A stretch of 64,000 bases of DNA from Rickettsia typhi (GTDB lineage Bacteria; Pseudomonadota; Alphaproteobacteria; Rickettsiales; UBA1997): assembly GCA_945862535.1 (NCBI GenBank), contig CAMAYG010000001.1, positions 18,731 to 82,730 of the forward strand, read 5' to 3'. The notes below the pieces were generated by a model. It saw nothing but the letters and a program-made list of their open reading frames with translations. It was not told the origin of the DNA and ran no database searches. Made by a program: the position numbers and the translations under genes. Positions 64,000 to 64,000 of the stretch are shown one piece after another. Every line of letters starts with the position of its first letter. Position 1 is the stretch's first letter.

Positions 64000-64000
64000 T

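Noticed and set aside
1-64000. A scan for CRISPR arrays, IS elements, transposases, integrases, prophage genes, toxin-antitoxin pairs, restriction-modification or other defence genes, and rRNA, tmRNA, RNase P or SRP RNA.
   Set aside because: None was recognised. Every ORF over 100 aa except two or three is assignable to a housekeeping family. The only tandem arrays are those reported. No GC-rich structured-RNA-like islands are visible in the spacers apart from tRNA-His. RatA is annotated in databases as a toxin-family protein, but here it has no antitoxin partner and matches the COQ10-like housekeeping role.

Overview
This 64-kb window comes from a visibly AT-rich, gene-dense bacterial chromosome. 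G+C looks like about one third or less by eye and was not computed. I call about 60 protein genes and one tRNA (tRNA-His). Almost all are core housekeeping genes.

**Gene content**
- Glycolysis, TCA and respiration: eno, acnA, nuoF.
- Translation and transcription: rpsB-tsf, infA, thrS, argS, glyQ, rho, rpoZ, hpf, rsmG, rsmD, ybeY.
- Envelope: murA, lnt, rlpA, nagZ, pgpA, and a SPOR-domain protein.
- Recombination and DNA uptake: ruvAB, comEC.
- Biosynthesis: purD/purS/purQ, metXW, argJ, pheA, dapE/dapF, thyX, ispE.

**Likely lineage**
- The gene content points to an alphaproteobacterium of Rickettsiales-, Holosporales- or Rhodospirillales-like affinity.
- Supporting markers are a Tim44-like protein, ApaG, a DUF374 acyltransferase, the argS-SPOR pair, a RatA/COQ10-like protein, ThyX, an isolated nuoF, and a tRNA-His with an encoded G-1.
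- It is probably host-associated. It has a signal-peptide ankyrin protein, a possible IalB-like protein, and many N/K-rich low-complexity insertions in conserved proteins.
- This placement is inference from recalled families, not a database result.

**What is absent**
- I saw no rRNA, CRISPR array, transposase, integrase, prophage, defence island or biosynthetic gene cluster.
- I did not find a convincing novel multi-gene system.

**Most unusual features**
1. A six-copy 51-bp tandem array reiterates the purD 3' end in the purD-pepA spacer.
2. Rho carries a ~267-aa N-terminal extension with an N/Q/Y-rich, prion-like segment.
3. ComEC has its OB-fold region split by a ~380-aa charged, Cys-pair-containing insertion, and it lacks a beta-lactamase motif.
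4. An orphan lipoprotein secretin sits 1 nt upstream of argS.
5. A Fur-box-like site overlaps a good promoter for tonB-exbB-exbD.
6. Shine-Dalgarno sequences are almost entirely absent.

All coordinates inside proteins were derived by hand-counting and are approximate.
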